Below are positions 24,301 to 37,141 of a DNA stretch of 64,000 bases, piece after piece. The stretch's first letter is position 1, and every line of letters starts with the position of its first letter. The translations under genes were made by a program, and so were the position numbers. Below the pieces are notes generated by a model. That model was not told the DNA's origin. It was given only the letters and a program-made list of their open reading frames with translations, and made no database searches. Source of the stretch: Bigelowiella natans CCMP2755 (Eukaryota; Protista; Cercozoa); the NCBI GenBank assembly GCA_000320545.1, contig ADNK01003292.1:1781-65780 (forward strand), written 5' to 3'.

Positions 24301-27300
24301 TGGTGCGCTCGCAAATTCCCTCTGAGCGCGACCCGAATGCAATAAAGACAGCTTTTGAACGCGTGGTATCTCCCCTACCCCATGGCGATGTAAAGTTGCC
24401 TGGCGAAGATGAAGGCATGGAGGAATCGGAAGGAAAGCGTAGGACAGCGAAACTCAATGTCTTCTTGCTAAGACCGAAATACCGTCAAATGAGGGAGATG
24501 CTGCAAGAACAGAAGAAAACAATGACAGACGTAATAGCAGACGAAGGGAAACTTGATGGATTTGCCGAGCTTGACGATAAGGCGCTCAACAAGCTTCAGG
24601 GAGCAGAGAGGGAAGAATACGACGAAAAGGTAAGGTTCAAAGCGGAAGTTGAAAGCGCAAAGAAATTCCTGTCCGAATTTGAGGAGATAGAATCGAAGGT
24701 TAGCCTTTTCTACAAGCACCCGGATGTCGAAGAGGGTCAAGATCACATACAGAGAAATCCTGGAGGGCCAGGCTTCCAAAAGCTGCTACTCACGATGAAG
24801 GAACTCGGACACGATGTGCCGCTATCGAGCCTTCAGTGGAATGTACCACGTGGTGCCAATGAAAACAAATACAAGCAAATGACCGCTGAGAGGCGTAAGA
24901 CTCTTGACGATGGCCTGGTGAAGAAACTCACTTCCATTCGGGCTTCTCTTTTCGGCTCCCAAGAACAAAAAGGGCCTGCCACAATGGAAAGTCTGGTGTC
25001 GTGGGTCCGATTCAACAGAATAAGGTATCAAAAGGGGCAGGATTCAAAGGCAGTGATAATGAAGCTCGCACACCATTTAAGGGAACCTTTCCCTGAACAA
25101 AAGAACACCGAGGGTATAGCATTCCCCCCGGTGCTGCTGCAAGCTTACCGGCGCCCAGATTCCTCGCAACAGCTGCGCGGCAAAATCGAGAATTTCCGTA
25201 TCACGCTGCACAACAGTGCCGGTGGGGCGGAGGACGGGAAAGATTCGGGTGGTGATGCAAAGGCTGCTGATGAAGAGGGAGAAGAGGGCAAGCGACCTAA
25301 GAGCTTCCGTTGGACTATTCCGGCCAATTCCTACATCGAGCTCGCTGTGGACTTCTCAAGCACGACTGCAGGCAAGTTCAACTCCCGGTTAGGTTTGATG
25401 GTAGTTGGAGATACGAGAGAATACTCCCTGCTGTGCTCCGGGGTATGTGCGGTGCCTCAGATCTCCCAAGAACCTAGGAGCGTCTTCATGCGTCGCGCGA
25501 AAACGCAGCGCCCAACTTCCATTCTGACCAAGCAGTATGTCATGGACGCTAAGTTCTTCCAATTTGGCCCTCTGTTGATCGGCAAAGACGCCAAGACGCG
25601 AAACTCGAATGACGAGGCCGTTATTGAGGCCCTGAGGAAGACCAACAGCGACACATTCAGAATTACCAACACAGGACTGTTTGACTGCCATGTTGACTTC
25701 TCAATTATGGGCCAGCTAGTCGATCAGACAACGGGCCAGAAAAACGCAGTAGGCGTTGACGCGCATACATTCATTGTAGAGCCGAAGGCACTAGACCTCA
25801 AAGTCGATGAGATGAAGGAAGTAACAGTTTGGGCTTTTCCTACCGAAGCGAAGGATTATAAAGACTCTCTACTGTGCTCTGTTCATGACAATCCTGTCCC
25901 GGTCGTATTTGACCTTGGATGCGAAGGTTCCGCTCCAAAGCTTGAGCTTTCACTTGAAAAGGTGGAATTCTCGAGACTTCTCGTTGGCCAGGTCGACACG
26001 TTGCAGGTCGTGCTGAAGAACCCAGCTAAACTTCCGATTAAATGGGAGATCAAAAAGCCGCAGGGCGAGGACGCCAAAGACTTTGAGAATTTCTTTGTGG
26101 TAAATCCCAGCCTGGGCGGAGTGATGCGACCCATGTCGAGCACCACCCTCATGATTGACTTCCAGGCCAAAGAGGAGAAGAAGGTGGAGCTCGAGCTGAA
26201 CGTCGAGTACCAGGACGCAGAGGAGGTATTCGACATCGAGCGAAAGCCCCTGTTCCTTGTCGCCGAGGCGTTTGAAATGTCCGTGAAGCCTGAGTGGCCC
26301 GAGGGCAATGATGGCATTGACTTCGGCACCATCAAGGTCAACCAACAGATGGTTCGAAACTTCTCGATATCCAACGAGGGGAAGTACCCTATTACATTCG
26401 ACTTCCTCATTAACAATCGTAAAAAACGATTCTACAATGAGATTCTCAAGATTGAGCCCATGTCGGGACGCGTAGAGTCTGGCGAGAAGCAGGAATTCAC
26501 TCTCAGCGCACAGGCGAAGAGGGAAGTCCACTTCAACAATTCATCGGACATCAAGCTGGTAGTGCTCGAGCCTGAGACCCAAGACAAGCAGCCAGCGCTG
26601 CCGATCAAAATGCATTTTAGGAGCGTCTTCAGTAAGTTTGCGATGCTTCCCAATCATGGTGTTGACTTCGGTCCTCTTGAGACAGGCACGGACTCAGAGA
26701 AGCAAATAGAGATCGAGAATGATGGCGTTTTCGACTTCCAGTACCAGATATTCGAAGCCGGCTCTGATGGCGTTGAACCACTGCAAGAAGTATTTGATGA
26801 GAAGAACGCCCCGAACATTGAGGAGGGGGGAGAGTTGGAGCTCGGACCGTTCCTCATCACTGGCATCCGCGGTGTCGTCCCCGCAAAAGGCAAAAAGATT
26901 ATCAAGGTACGCTTCAAGGCCGGAGAGATACGAGAGTACAACCGATCTTTGGAGATTGATATTTGCCAGCGAGATAAGCTTCAGTTCCCTCGTGTTCTAT
27001 ACGAGCTGATGGGTGAGGGCTGTTCTCCAGGAATAGTCGCCAGCAACTACGCCTCTATATTCGAGGAGCAGTCTGTCCTACGTCGGCTCGATCCTCTTCA
27101 TCCTCTAACCAGCAATGCGTTCACGATAGAGGAGCCTGAGAGAGTGTTCCACTTCGCTCCCGTCGTCGCGAATGGGAAGAACCCTTCTCCCAAAGAGCGA
27201 TTCCGCATCAGCAACCCCTACAAGGTGCCTTGCAACGTGTCCATATCTGTCGAGATCAAGGGGGATGAGGGCGGCAAAGGCGATGAGAAGAAGGAACCTG

Positions 27301-30300
27301 CCTTCGTTGTCACCCCAGAAGCCCTGCACATTCCACCGCACGAGCACCGTTTTGCTACGGTACAATTTAATCCGCAAGGCCTTTCCACCTGCACTGCTGT
27401 CTTCACGGCAACAGTAGAACGCGGGACCCACGAGCCCTCCAAATGCCTCACATTTGGCTTGACTGGAGAAGGAATTTTGCCCTCTATATCAGTGGAAGAG
27501 CCTACCGAGCGTGACAGTGAGACCTCAGCTGTTCTCCTGAATTTTTCCAGGATGCCACTGCTCAAGAATGATAAGAATACTAAGACCAAAACAATCGTTC
27601 TACGCAACGACATGACCGTGCTTGCAACAGCCCGTTTCGATATGGACGATACGACCCAATTCTCGTTCAGCGGGAGGGGTAAGCTCATCGATCTCAACCC
27701 TGGGGAGTCGGTGAAGCTCACGGTAGATTACCACCCGTCTGAGGCCGGTGTCCACGACGTGAAAATTGCCATGAAAATCCTGCAAAATCCATTTGAAATG
27801 ACGGCGTTTAGGCTGCTGGGCGAATGTTTCGAGCAGGATGTGACCTTGGAAGGCCTTGACATGTCCGAATCCAAGGGCGATGAGCTACAGTTTGGTGACG
27901 TAGTCATTGGAAAAACGGTCGTGAAGACCTTCAAGATGGCCAACACCTCCTCACTCGCTCATCGCTTCGAGTGGAAGGAGGACGATATTCCAGGGCAGTT
28001 TAAGTTCATTCCACGAATTGGTCATCTGCAACCCCAGGAGAGCAAGGAGATACGGGTTAGCTTCATGTCCGAAGAAACTAGTAAGTTGGAGGACCAAAAG
28101 GTGTCTTGCACAATCAAGAAGATCAAATACGTGGAGGAAGACGCTAAAGACGGCGAGGAAGAGAAACAAAATGAAAATAAAGAGGGGGCAGCTGAGAGCG
28201 CGAAGAAGACTGTCAATTGGGATGACACAATGGAGGCGGATGAGCCTAACTTCGAGGAGGTTGAAGACGAAAACAAAGATGCAGAAAATCCGGGTCTCGA
28301 TTTAGTCATGCATGCAGTAGCGGATAATAGTCGCTACGAATTGGACGAGACCATCACCAAAATGCAAAATCGAATTACTTTTGCTCCGACCATGATGTTC
28401 CAGAAGCGCACATTCCGGTTCACCCTTAAGAACAAGTCCACGATAAGCATGCCATTCTCGTGGCGATTCGGCGAGACCGGCGACGAATTCAAGCCAGAGA
28501 GCTTTGTGTTCTCTGACGAGTCAAATATGGACGACGGCGAAGAAGGCAGTATGAATGCAGCCGAACCAAAGAGCCTGACCCTCTGGGAGATTCGTGGTGT
28601 GAAGGTTGACGACAGTAAAACGTTTAAGATCACTCCCTCCAATGGGGTCATTGAACCCCTGCAGGACCAACTGTTTACTGTGCAGTTCTCGCCTATGAGG
28701 GCGTTGCATATGGAGAAGATGCTAGGAGGATTCATCAAGCACCTAACCAGTGACCAAAAGCAGCCAGTAATCTCTTTCACTGCGACCGGATTGCGTCCCA
28801 AATGCCACTTCGAATTGGTTAATTCGGACTATCTCCAGGCCGGCAGGAGGCCTGCAGATATGCGCGATACGCAGGGAAGACTGGGTGCTCTTGACCCACT
28901 CCAATACCGTGTTCTTGAGTTCAAAAGCCTCGGAACGCAGGTGCGCAATACTCGCAAATTCTACGTAGTAAACCCAACGAATCAGGATTACAGCTTCCAG
29001 TGGGTTTTCGAAGGCGTATCGATGAAGGGCAGCGACGGGAAAACCGGGGCAATACCGAACCCATTCAGGTGCCTAACTTCTCAAGGTGTTGTTATGGCCG
29101 GTCGTAAGGCGGAGATCGTGTTCGAGTTCTTGCCTCAATTCGAGCAACTCACGGAAAGCTACTGGCAGTTCCGCATTCCTGAGCAAGACATATACGTTTC
29201 AATGTTGATCGTTGGCCAAGTGGTGGAGCCTGACGTGATTCTTGACCGCACGCACATAAACTTCCGCCACATGCTGCTGGGCGCACGTTCCAAGGAAACG
29301 TTGTATCTTATTAACAACGAGCACCTGCCGTTCAGCTATCAGATCAATTTTGAGCAGGAAAACAAATCGCGCCCTGTCCTGGATATTTCGCCTGCGAGTG
29401 GCGTGATACCGGCGGAATCTCGGATTCCCTTGTCGGTGGTGTTCAGGCCAAGAGCGGAGAAGGTCTATAACTTCAATGTCGAGTTTGACATCAAGAAGAA
29501 GCCAGGGAAAGTGTCGCTCAACGTGAAGGGCCAAGGTTTCCGGATCCTTTCGCTTCTGGAGTACCAAGAGGCAGACCCATCGGGCTTAAATGTCGCTCGG
29601 AAGATTATGGAGCCTGATATGGTGAATCGGTTAGATTTTGGAGTGAGCTACGTCTGTGAGACCCGGGTCAAGCGTCTTTCTTTGACAAACGCCGGCCAAT
29701 TCCCCTTCGATTTTGAATGGTCCTTAGGAAACAGTAGATTCCTGGCTGCGAAGCCGCCGAGAGGTAAGCTGCAGAAGGGCGATACAGCAACAGTAGATCT
29801 CATCTTTCACTCAGAGAGGGAGGTGTCATTCAATGAGCTTCCGATATATCTCAATATTGGGCCGCAACGCTACACTGTTAGCCTGAGCGGTCGTGCAAAG
29901 AAGCCACGGCTACACTTCTCATTCCAACGATGGAGCTTCGGGCCTTGCTTTCTCTCACGGGAGGGAGTGCCCAGTGCTTCACACGAACTGACGGTTGTAA
30001 ACAACGAAGTGACGAACATAGAACTGGATTGCAACTTCCAATCTCAACCACATCTCACGATAGAGCATCAGGCGACGGTTCTGGCACCTGGAGAGTCGAT
30101 TCAGTACCCCATTAAATTCTTCCCTCAGGAGATTCGCAAGTACCGCGACGAGGTGCTCTTCGAGGTTAATGGTTCGTATAAGGTCCCTGTCATCATTGCC
30201 GGAGAGGGTGTTCCTATTCGCCTAGCCTTGCTCAAGGAGTCGGATAAATTGGTCAATCTCGGGGAGATTCGCAGCGGGCAGCAAAGCGTACGCATCATAC

Positions 30301-31873
30301 AGTTGGCCAACTTGAGCCGTATTGCAGCCAGATTCAAACTCACTGTCCCAGAGGCTGTTATCAGTAGGATCAAGAAACTCCACGGAATTTCGGATGATAA
30401 GAAGGACGCCAATTCGGAGATGAGATTGGCAACAATTATGGAAGATCCCCTCTCCAGTCGCCTTGACGAGTTCTGCGTGCGGTATCAGCCCACGTCGTTC
30501 GTGACTTTGAGACCAAAGCAGAACGTAAGATTCGAGTTTATATTCAACCCCGACCGTCCCATGCCGAAGTTCAGAGAGGACGTTCTGATCGACGTCGTAG
30601 GCCAGACGCCGCAGAAGCTCCTCACTCTCGCCGGGGCGTGCTTTGGTATTGGAGCACGCTTAGATACCAACTCAGTGCCCTTCGGCCCCATTGTCGAAGG
30701 AACGAAGCTCGTGAAAACTGTTCTGTTAGAAAACATCGGAGAAGCTGGTATCAGGTACTCGTGGCAAACGGGGTCGATCAAGCCTAACTTCACCATTAAG
30801 CCCGAGGACGGATTTGTTCCACCAAAAGAGCGTGTGAGCATTGAAGTCACTTTCCATCCTGTCGCTCTGGACAACGACATTCGCGTGGATAAGGTGCCGT
30901 GCTTGATTGACAAGCAAATCCATCCCAACATGAACATCACGTTGACCGGAGCCTGCGTGGTGGCAAAGAGCTCGTCCGAGAAGCTTTTGTTCAGCTGTCC
31001 CGTGCGCCAGCCACAGAAGAAGACCGTGTCTGTGCAAAACACCACTCCCAACGATTGGGATGATCTCAAGGTGCAGATCAATAACCCTTACTGGTACGGA
31101 AAGAAGGAAATTAAGGTTCCCGCCAAGTCAGAGGTCAAGTACGATATTTGGTACAAGCCGCTCTCCATGACCGCAGCAGAGGGTGGGGGGGGTAACGCTC
31201 CACCTGCGGATGTGAAAGATGGAGGTGCGGCGTCGTCGTCATCCGAATTTAAGCGGCCTGACAAGCACAGGGGGAAGCTGTTCTTTGCCCTTCCGAACGG
31301 TAAAGCGATTCTGTATGAGCTCGAAGGTACAGCTTCTGAGGCGTCTCCTGAGAAGAAAATAGAAGTCAAGTGCAAGTGCAAGCGCACGGAGATGCAAGGA
31401 TTGCTGGTCAACAACTGGCTCAACACGCACCAGGGCTTTGACGTGAAGATCGACGTTGGCGGAGATGACAAGTCCGTTCAGGTTACGGGGCCTAAGTCAT
31501 TAGACGTGCCTGAGATGTCGAGCCGAGAGTATAAACTCAAGTTCTTTGCCTACAGAGCTGGGACAACAAACGTGTCTGTGACCTTCACGAATCCAAAGAC
31601 GAAGGAGAACGTCAGGTATGAGCTCGAATTCGTCGCCGGGGATGTGCAGGAAAAAGTGCTGCCATTGCTGGAAACGTGTGTCCGGAGAAGGAAAGTCATC
31701 GGCGAGGAGATATATAACCCTCTCGACGAGCAAGTGACGGTTTCGTCGTTCTCGTGTGAAGATCCTGGGGTAATATATTAATTATGAAAACAAATATTTA
31801 TTGATTCTTCATCGCAATCAACACTAAATTTTATCGCCTTGATCTAATCTATCTGTTACCGTATTCCCCCCTC

Positions 31874-31916
<43 letters not shown>

Positions 31917-32042
31917 TTCGTGCTCGCAGATCTTTGTGCAAACACCCATCGTCGTGCCTCCTAAAGGGTCCTCAAGAATCAAGATCGTATATAACCCATT
32001 GGTGGTGTCAGCTCGCAAGGATGGCGTGGTAGTAAGCCCTAG

Positions 32043-32089
<47 letters not shown>

Positions 32090-32096
32090 CCCTATC

Positions 32097-32133
<37 letters not shown>

Positions 32134-33046
32134 TTCTAATACCATTCTGCCCAATTTGTCAGAAATTGTCAGTTGCAAGCGAGCAGCTGGGAGAGTTCGT
32201 TTATAGCCTCTCCTTGAGTGCGACGGAAGCTGGCACGGACACTACCATGCGCTTCACGACTGATCTTGGAAGTCAAGCAATCCAGACGTATCACTTCCGC
32301 AGTTTCGCTACAGAGGTACTATTAATTTTGCGCACGTTGATGATGTTGAGGGGGTTAGGGGGACGCGATGCCCAACGCGAAGTGGTTGAATATTTGCCTA
32401 AAAAAATCATCATCGCCATCATTGATGTTTTCAAACTTCAGGCCGCTGATGCGGAATACGAGTGCGAGATCAAAGGTTCCGAGTTCACTGTGCCGACCAC
32501 AGTTACCGCCAAAGTGGTTGCTGCGGGCTCGGATGGAGCCGACACCGCTGTAGATGTGTGCTATGAACCTTCGAATATGGGCGGAGTAAGGGACACTCTT
32601 GTGATCAAGTCCAAAGGCAAAGCCGGCATGTTCCAGGTAGCACTCATTGGAAAGTGCGATAAGCCAAAGCGCAAAGGACCTGTGGAGGTCAAGGCAGGAA
32701 GCTCGGCTACGATCGAATTCAAAAATGTTCTTAGCGAAGATGCGGAGTACACGTTCTCCATTAACAACCCTGCATTCACTCTTGGATCCACAACTGCCAA
32801 GGTATTATTCGTAACGTGCTGATAGCATGGTGTGCGGAGTAGTTTCAATCCTTAGCATCCGTAGTTGCTCCCTCATCGAAGACCTCACGATGATTCTGTT
32901 CTCAGATTGCAAAGAAGGATAAATGCAAGATTTCAATATCATATTCACCGTCCGAGGATAGCCCCGGATTTGACGTTGGAAACCTGCTAATTGTGTGTAA
33001 GAAAATGAAACATCCTTGGATATATTACGTTCGCGGCAGCAAATGA
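16962..33046 (+). CDS. HYDIN: Hydin, axonemal central-pair protein (multiple ASH/PapD-like Ig domains plus adenylate-kinase-like P-loop region), multi-exon
   Basis: N-terminal QPLFEATP..I..QEYDPFGVY.I.I.LRNRDKVARRV and TEREKFVIPVRA; 509-aa and 3882-aa ORFs with repeated Ig-like units; GGPKAGKT P-loop; PQISQEPRSVF and FQFGPLLIG; terminal exon ...WIYYVRGSK* (stop 33044-33046). Confidence 0.95.
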
Positions 33047-33482
33047 TGTTTTTTTAATGTCAAAACTAGTTTGTAATTTCAGCAGTAATCAATGCTAATT
33101 TTACGATTTACTATGACATGATGATGATTCAACTGGAGCTGGCACCGTAACTTATGAAACAAAGATGCCATCGTCCAGTTGTTCATCTAGCCATCGCAAC
33201 TCCATGGAAGCGCCACAAGTAATGTTAGCTGCACGCTGAATATGAGAATCTAAATACCTGCGCGCAGAACAAGTTGAGCGCATACTAGCATGTGCCGTCT
33301 GTGGACGCGCCGCCATGTATGCGACAGATGTATTGATTAATTTAGATTTCATCAGTAGTCATCCTACGACTCATACTTTCCTGCGCGCTGCGCACGTATC
33401 ATGTACTATGATATCCTAGATTGTCTCTACTATGTACTACAACACGTAATGCAAGCAGCCGTCATCCATCTAGCTTGCGTAT

Positions 33483-33695
33483 GAGACGGATGTAATGAAA
33501 TGTTTAAATTGTTTCAATGGTCATCCTAATGCGTAGCTGTGCAATGCAGCGGCTTGCGTATGCATTCATCTTCAGCGCTTTGGCCATGATAGATGCATGG
33601 CAGCTCCTGCACGACTGTGCTTTATTTGTAATAATTTACATAGCTTGATGACTAATGAAAAAATTTAATCACTTCACATCATGCATATCCGCCTC
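33483..33695. mobile_element. MITE-like element (~210 bp): inverted pair of the GAGACGGATG repeat
   Basis: + copy at 33483-33555. The reverse complement from 33695 reads GAGGCGGATATGCATGATGTGAAGTGATTAAATTTTTTCATTAGTCATC (degenerate). Confidence 0.5.
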
Positions 33696-34039
33696 TTTGT
33701 ATGGCTTGCTAGACTGCCGATCGAAGATGTACATTTGTCACATGTGGCAAAGCGTCGCATTGGCCCCTGCTACCTGCTACATGCTGACTTAACATCCGTG
33801 CATGCAATGTGCAGCGCTGTTGCGGCATCGCATCGCAGGCACCTGGTGCTGCACTCCCCCTGCTCGGCTGTTTAGTATGCATGTAGCAGGTAGCAGGGGC
33901 CGCGCCGTGCACGCGCGCACAGACAAAGGATTCGCTATCAGAAGCTAGCTAGCGAAGTGAAGCTGCAGAATCTGACACAATGCAGCACGAGGGAATCACG
34001 AAAGTTGAAATTTCCTCACCATGCAGTCGAGGTAGTCTT

Positions 34040-36580
34040 CTTCCTCACGGGAGCGGTGCAGACTCTTGACGCATCTTTGAAATGTGCAACGCATTGCAAT
34101 GAACTTTTCAACGCACATTGAAAACAGGCTTTCTAGCTTTCACCATGCTGATGTGCATCACCTCATCAGCACATGCTGGCATGCATGTTGAGAACAAGGT
34201 GTGGAAACTGCACATTCCAGCACGTTCGTCTAGTTCGTGCGTGCGCACGCTGGCACGCGCCACATGCCAGCATGGCCTCAAATGGCCACATGGATGCGAA
34301 CACACCCTCCTTTGCATGCTCTTGCGCGCTTTCTTGACCTCTCTAGCTCCACTGTTGTCCTTGCGCCCGTCTCACATGTGAAGATGGTTTGGAAGCGAAG
34401 CTGAACCATCGATCATCAACTGTCCTCATTGAAAACCATCATCATTGTCATCTTCATCATCATCGTGAGCTGGCACGCAATTGGAGTTTGCGTGGACTTC
34501 ATCCCACCACGCCAGCATGTGGGCCTGAAGCGAAGAAGAAGAAAAAGAAGTTGAGAGGGGCAGAGATGGCATTGACGAATCATGGTTTGCCCTGCAGCAA
34601 GCCAGCAAACAATGAAAGAATGACAATGAACTGCATCTCCAAAGTGTTGCAAGACACTTGCAGTGCACGAAACGCAGTGGCCTCGAACTAGCTTCAGTCG
34701 AGGTCAAACGCACTGGTGAAACCAGCAGGATTTCAAATGAACAATGAACAATGACGCTCTGACCCTGGGTTGGAGTCTGTTCCTCCATCGGTTGTCACCT
34801 CTTTCGATGCTGTCGTTCCAGCAAGATTCCATTTTCACCATTGTCGCCTTGGGTGAGGAGGGTGCGACAACAGATTTTGTCAGATTTTCTCTAGTTTCCA
34901 ATTTTCCTTCAATTTCTTGGGAATTCCCCCTTCAATTTGATGAAAATGGCACTTGGCGAACACCAGGAATGGCAACGTCGGAAACAACCAACCCCATCTT
35001 CGCTGAATTTTTCACCTTCGCGCTGTGGAAATCTGCACCCTCGCCGCCCACGAAAGAATGGAGAACGACGAGCAGTTTGAGAACGTGCCTCCGCACTTCG
35101 TGTGCCCCATCACCCAGGAAATCGTGAAGAACCCAAACGTGAATGAGGTGGGGCAGACTCACGAATGCGAGAGCATCGTGGAGTGGTTTGCAATGGGGCA
35201 CCGAACCGATCCTTTGACGAGAAAGGAGATCAAGAACGTGCGATTGCTCACACCGAACCAGGTCCTGAAGGCACAGATGTTGGAGTGGAAGCAAAGCTGC
35301 CCGCAGGAAAGACTTGCTGAGTTGGAAAAGAAGAGAAAAGTGAGGGAGCGAGATGACTGCAAGCTTGCGTGCGAAACACGTTTCAAACTTGACCAGAAAA
35401 CCGTCAGCGGCAACAGCAGCAAAAGCGAAGAGCCTGTGCCCATCAACAACTCTTCACTTGCAGCAGGTGAGGATGTGAAAGCGGACGATCTGCCCCCAAA
35501 TTCCGAAGATTGGTCGACTGCTCAATCAGCAGCTTTCATGCGAACGCTGGGGAAGGGCGCCGCCTGGGAGCGATGTGCCAAATTGTGCATGGATGAGGAC
35601 CTCGACGGCTCAACTCCAGTCGATGCAAAAGCAGAGACTCTGCAGGAAGTGGGACTTGGCAAAGTTCATTCCGAAAAGATCTTGAGAGAGATCAACAAAG
35701 CAGCAAGTCGACAGGTGCAGGCTGCGGTCGCAGGCATCTCGATTCCACTTCTTGAGAAAGATCCAAAGCGAATGGAACTGTTTGGCGCGCAAGACAAAGT
35801 TCTCAACGACTGCGAGGCCAAAATCCAAAATGCACTCACTGAATTCCTTCAAGAAAGCGAAACAGAGAAGTTGCAGTTGGAAGCTGAACTCACGAAAGTC
35901 AGAGAACACGTGGAACGTGTGACAACGTCCACGCTAGCCGCGAGGGCATCAGCAAAGAAAACAATTGTGGAAGATTTGCAAGAAGCATTGTCCAAAGTTC
36001 AGAATCCAAAGAAAGAGTTCAAAAGAACAGGCGTCATTCTCAACACACAAGTCTCAAATCCAAACATCTCAGACTGCACAGATTTGGAGCACAAGCGAAC
36101 CGAACGAACGAAACAAATCATGTCGTCGACCCAAACAGTGCTGGAGAGGACTGTGCCACACGTCACGGAGGCGCCAATGCTGAGAATCGAAAGCAATGCC
36201 CTTTGCAAGCAGCCAATGGCTTCTCCATCATTTGCGGTTGCAACGTCTGAAACAACCTTTGAGCCGAGGTGCACTCCAGAATCAAAGGAACGTGAGCGAA
36301 TTCGAATGGAAGAAGAACAAAGAAGGAGGGAAGAACAAAGAAGGAGAGAAGAACAAAGAAGGAGGGAAGAACAAAGAAGAAGAGAAGAACAAAAAAGAAG
36401 AGAGGAAGAAGAGAAAAAGCAACAAGAAAAACTCTGCCGCGAGGGAAGACGCGCCAAAAATCATCCACAACGGCACACTGGAGTGTGGTTCTGTCAACCA
36501 ATGACTCAACCAATCTCACACAGGGATGGATGCATTCAAATTTTGTGTCACTTTCAAATCAACATCTGCAGAACAATGTG
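34040..36580. other. Core TpA desert (only six TpA, all in CTAG)
   Basis: Manual scan found CTAG at 34133, 34230, 34343, 34688, 34891 and 35934 and no other TA. Flanks (33050-34040, 36580-38350) are partially depleted. Confidence 0.9.
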
Positions 36581-36602
36581 TACTACTCAAAATGTCGTTT
36601 GA
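35058..36602 (+). pseudogene. U-box + SAM-like + coiled-coil ORF, hypermutated (no Tyr), probably non-functional
   Basis: U-box PPHFVCPITQEIVKNP...GQTHECESIVEWF...TDPLT...LTPNQVLK has His where consensus G.TYER has Tyr. SAM-like WSTAQSAAFMRTLG...EDLDGSTPVD...LQEVGLGKVHSEKILREI follows. Confidence 0.75.
36312..36402 (+). repeat. 18-bp coding tandem repeat (EEQRRR) x5
   Basis: GAAGAACAAAGAAGGAGR units. Confidence 0.9.
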
Positions 36603-37141
36603 GTGTGGAACCTGATGGTTGTTGGTGAATGTGTGTTGTGTTACTTTGGTTTTGATCATCAACCCATGGGTGTTGCTGCTTTGATTTGGCTTCATCTGGT
36701 TTTGCTGCTTTGGCGTTCACGGCTTAGCCTGTAAGTGTCCGATTAGATGAGACATTTGATGTTTGTCATTGTTTGATTCTAGACAACAATCGTTTGTAGC
36801 ATGTGTGAGTCACAGTACGATGGTACGTCTCGAACATTGAGTGATAGCAAATCTTTTGTTTCTGTCATTGGATGTGTGTGGTGTGAGTTGCATGGAGAGA
36901 TTCAGTGATGTCGTTTGTTTGAGTGCGGAACCTGATGGTTGTTGGTGAATGTGTGTTGTGTTACTTTGGCTTTGATCATTAACCCATGGGTGTTGCTGCT
37001 TTGATTTGGCTTTATCTGGTTTTGCTGCTTTGGCGTTCACGTCTTAGTTTGTGAGTACCCGATTAGATGAGATATTTGATATTTGTTATTGTTTGATTCT
37101 AGATAACAATCGTTTGTAGCACGTATACGTCACAGTACGAT
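36597..37141 (+). repeat. Direct duplication of ~225 bp (36597-36821 and 36917-37141; 320-bp offset)
   Basis: Ungapped manual alignment, 18 mismatches. Confidence 0.95.

Noticed and set aside
33681-35127. Dense Cys/His/Met-rich short ORFs (also 37147-38051 and 58066-58950)
   Set aside because: A by-product of TAA/TAG loss in TpA-depleted DNA; no recognisable domains.
34040-36580. Classical RIP or CpG-methylation decay as the cause of the bias
   Set aside because: RIP increases TpA and methylation decay depletes CpG; here TpA is lost and CpG persists.
35058-36602. Alternative genetic code explaining the absence of Tyr
   Set aside because: Neighbouring genes use TAT/TAC and all three stops normally, and TA is also missing across codon boundaries and in flanking non-coding DNA.
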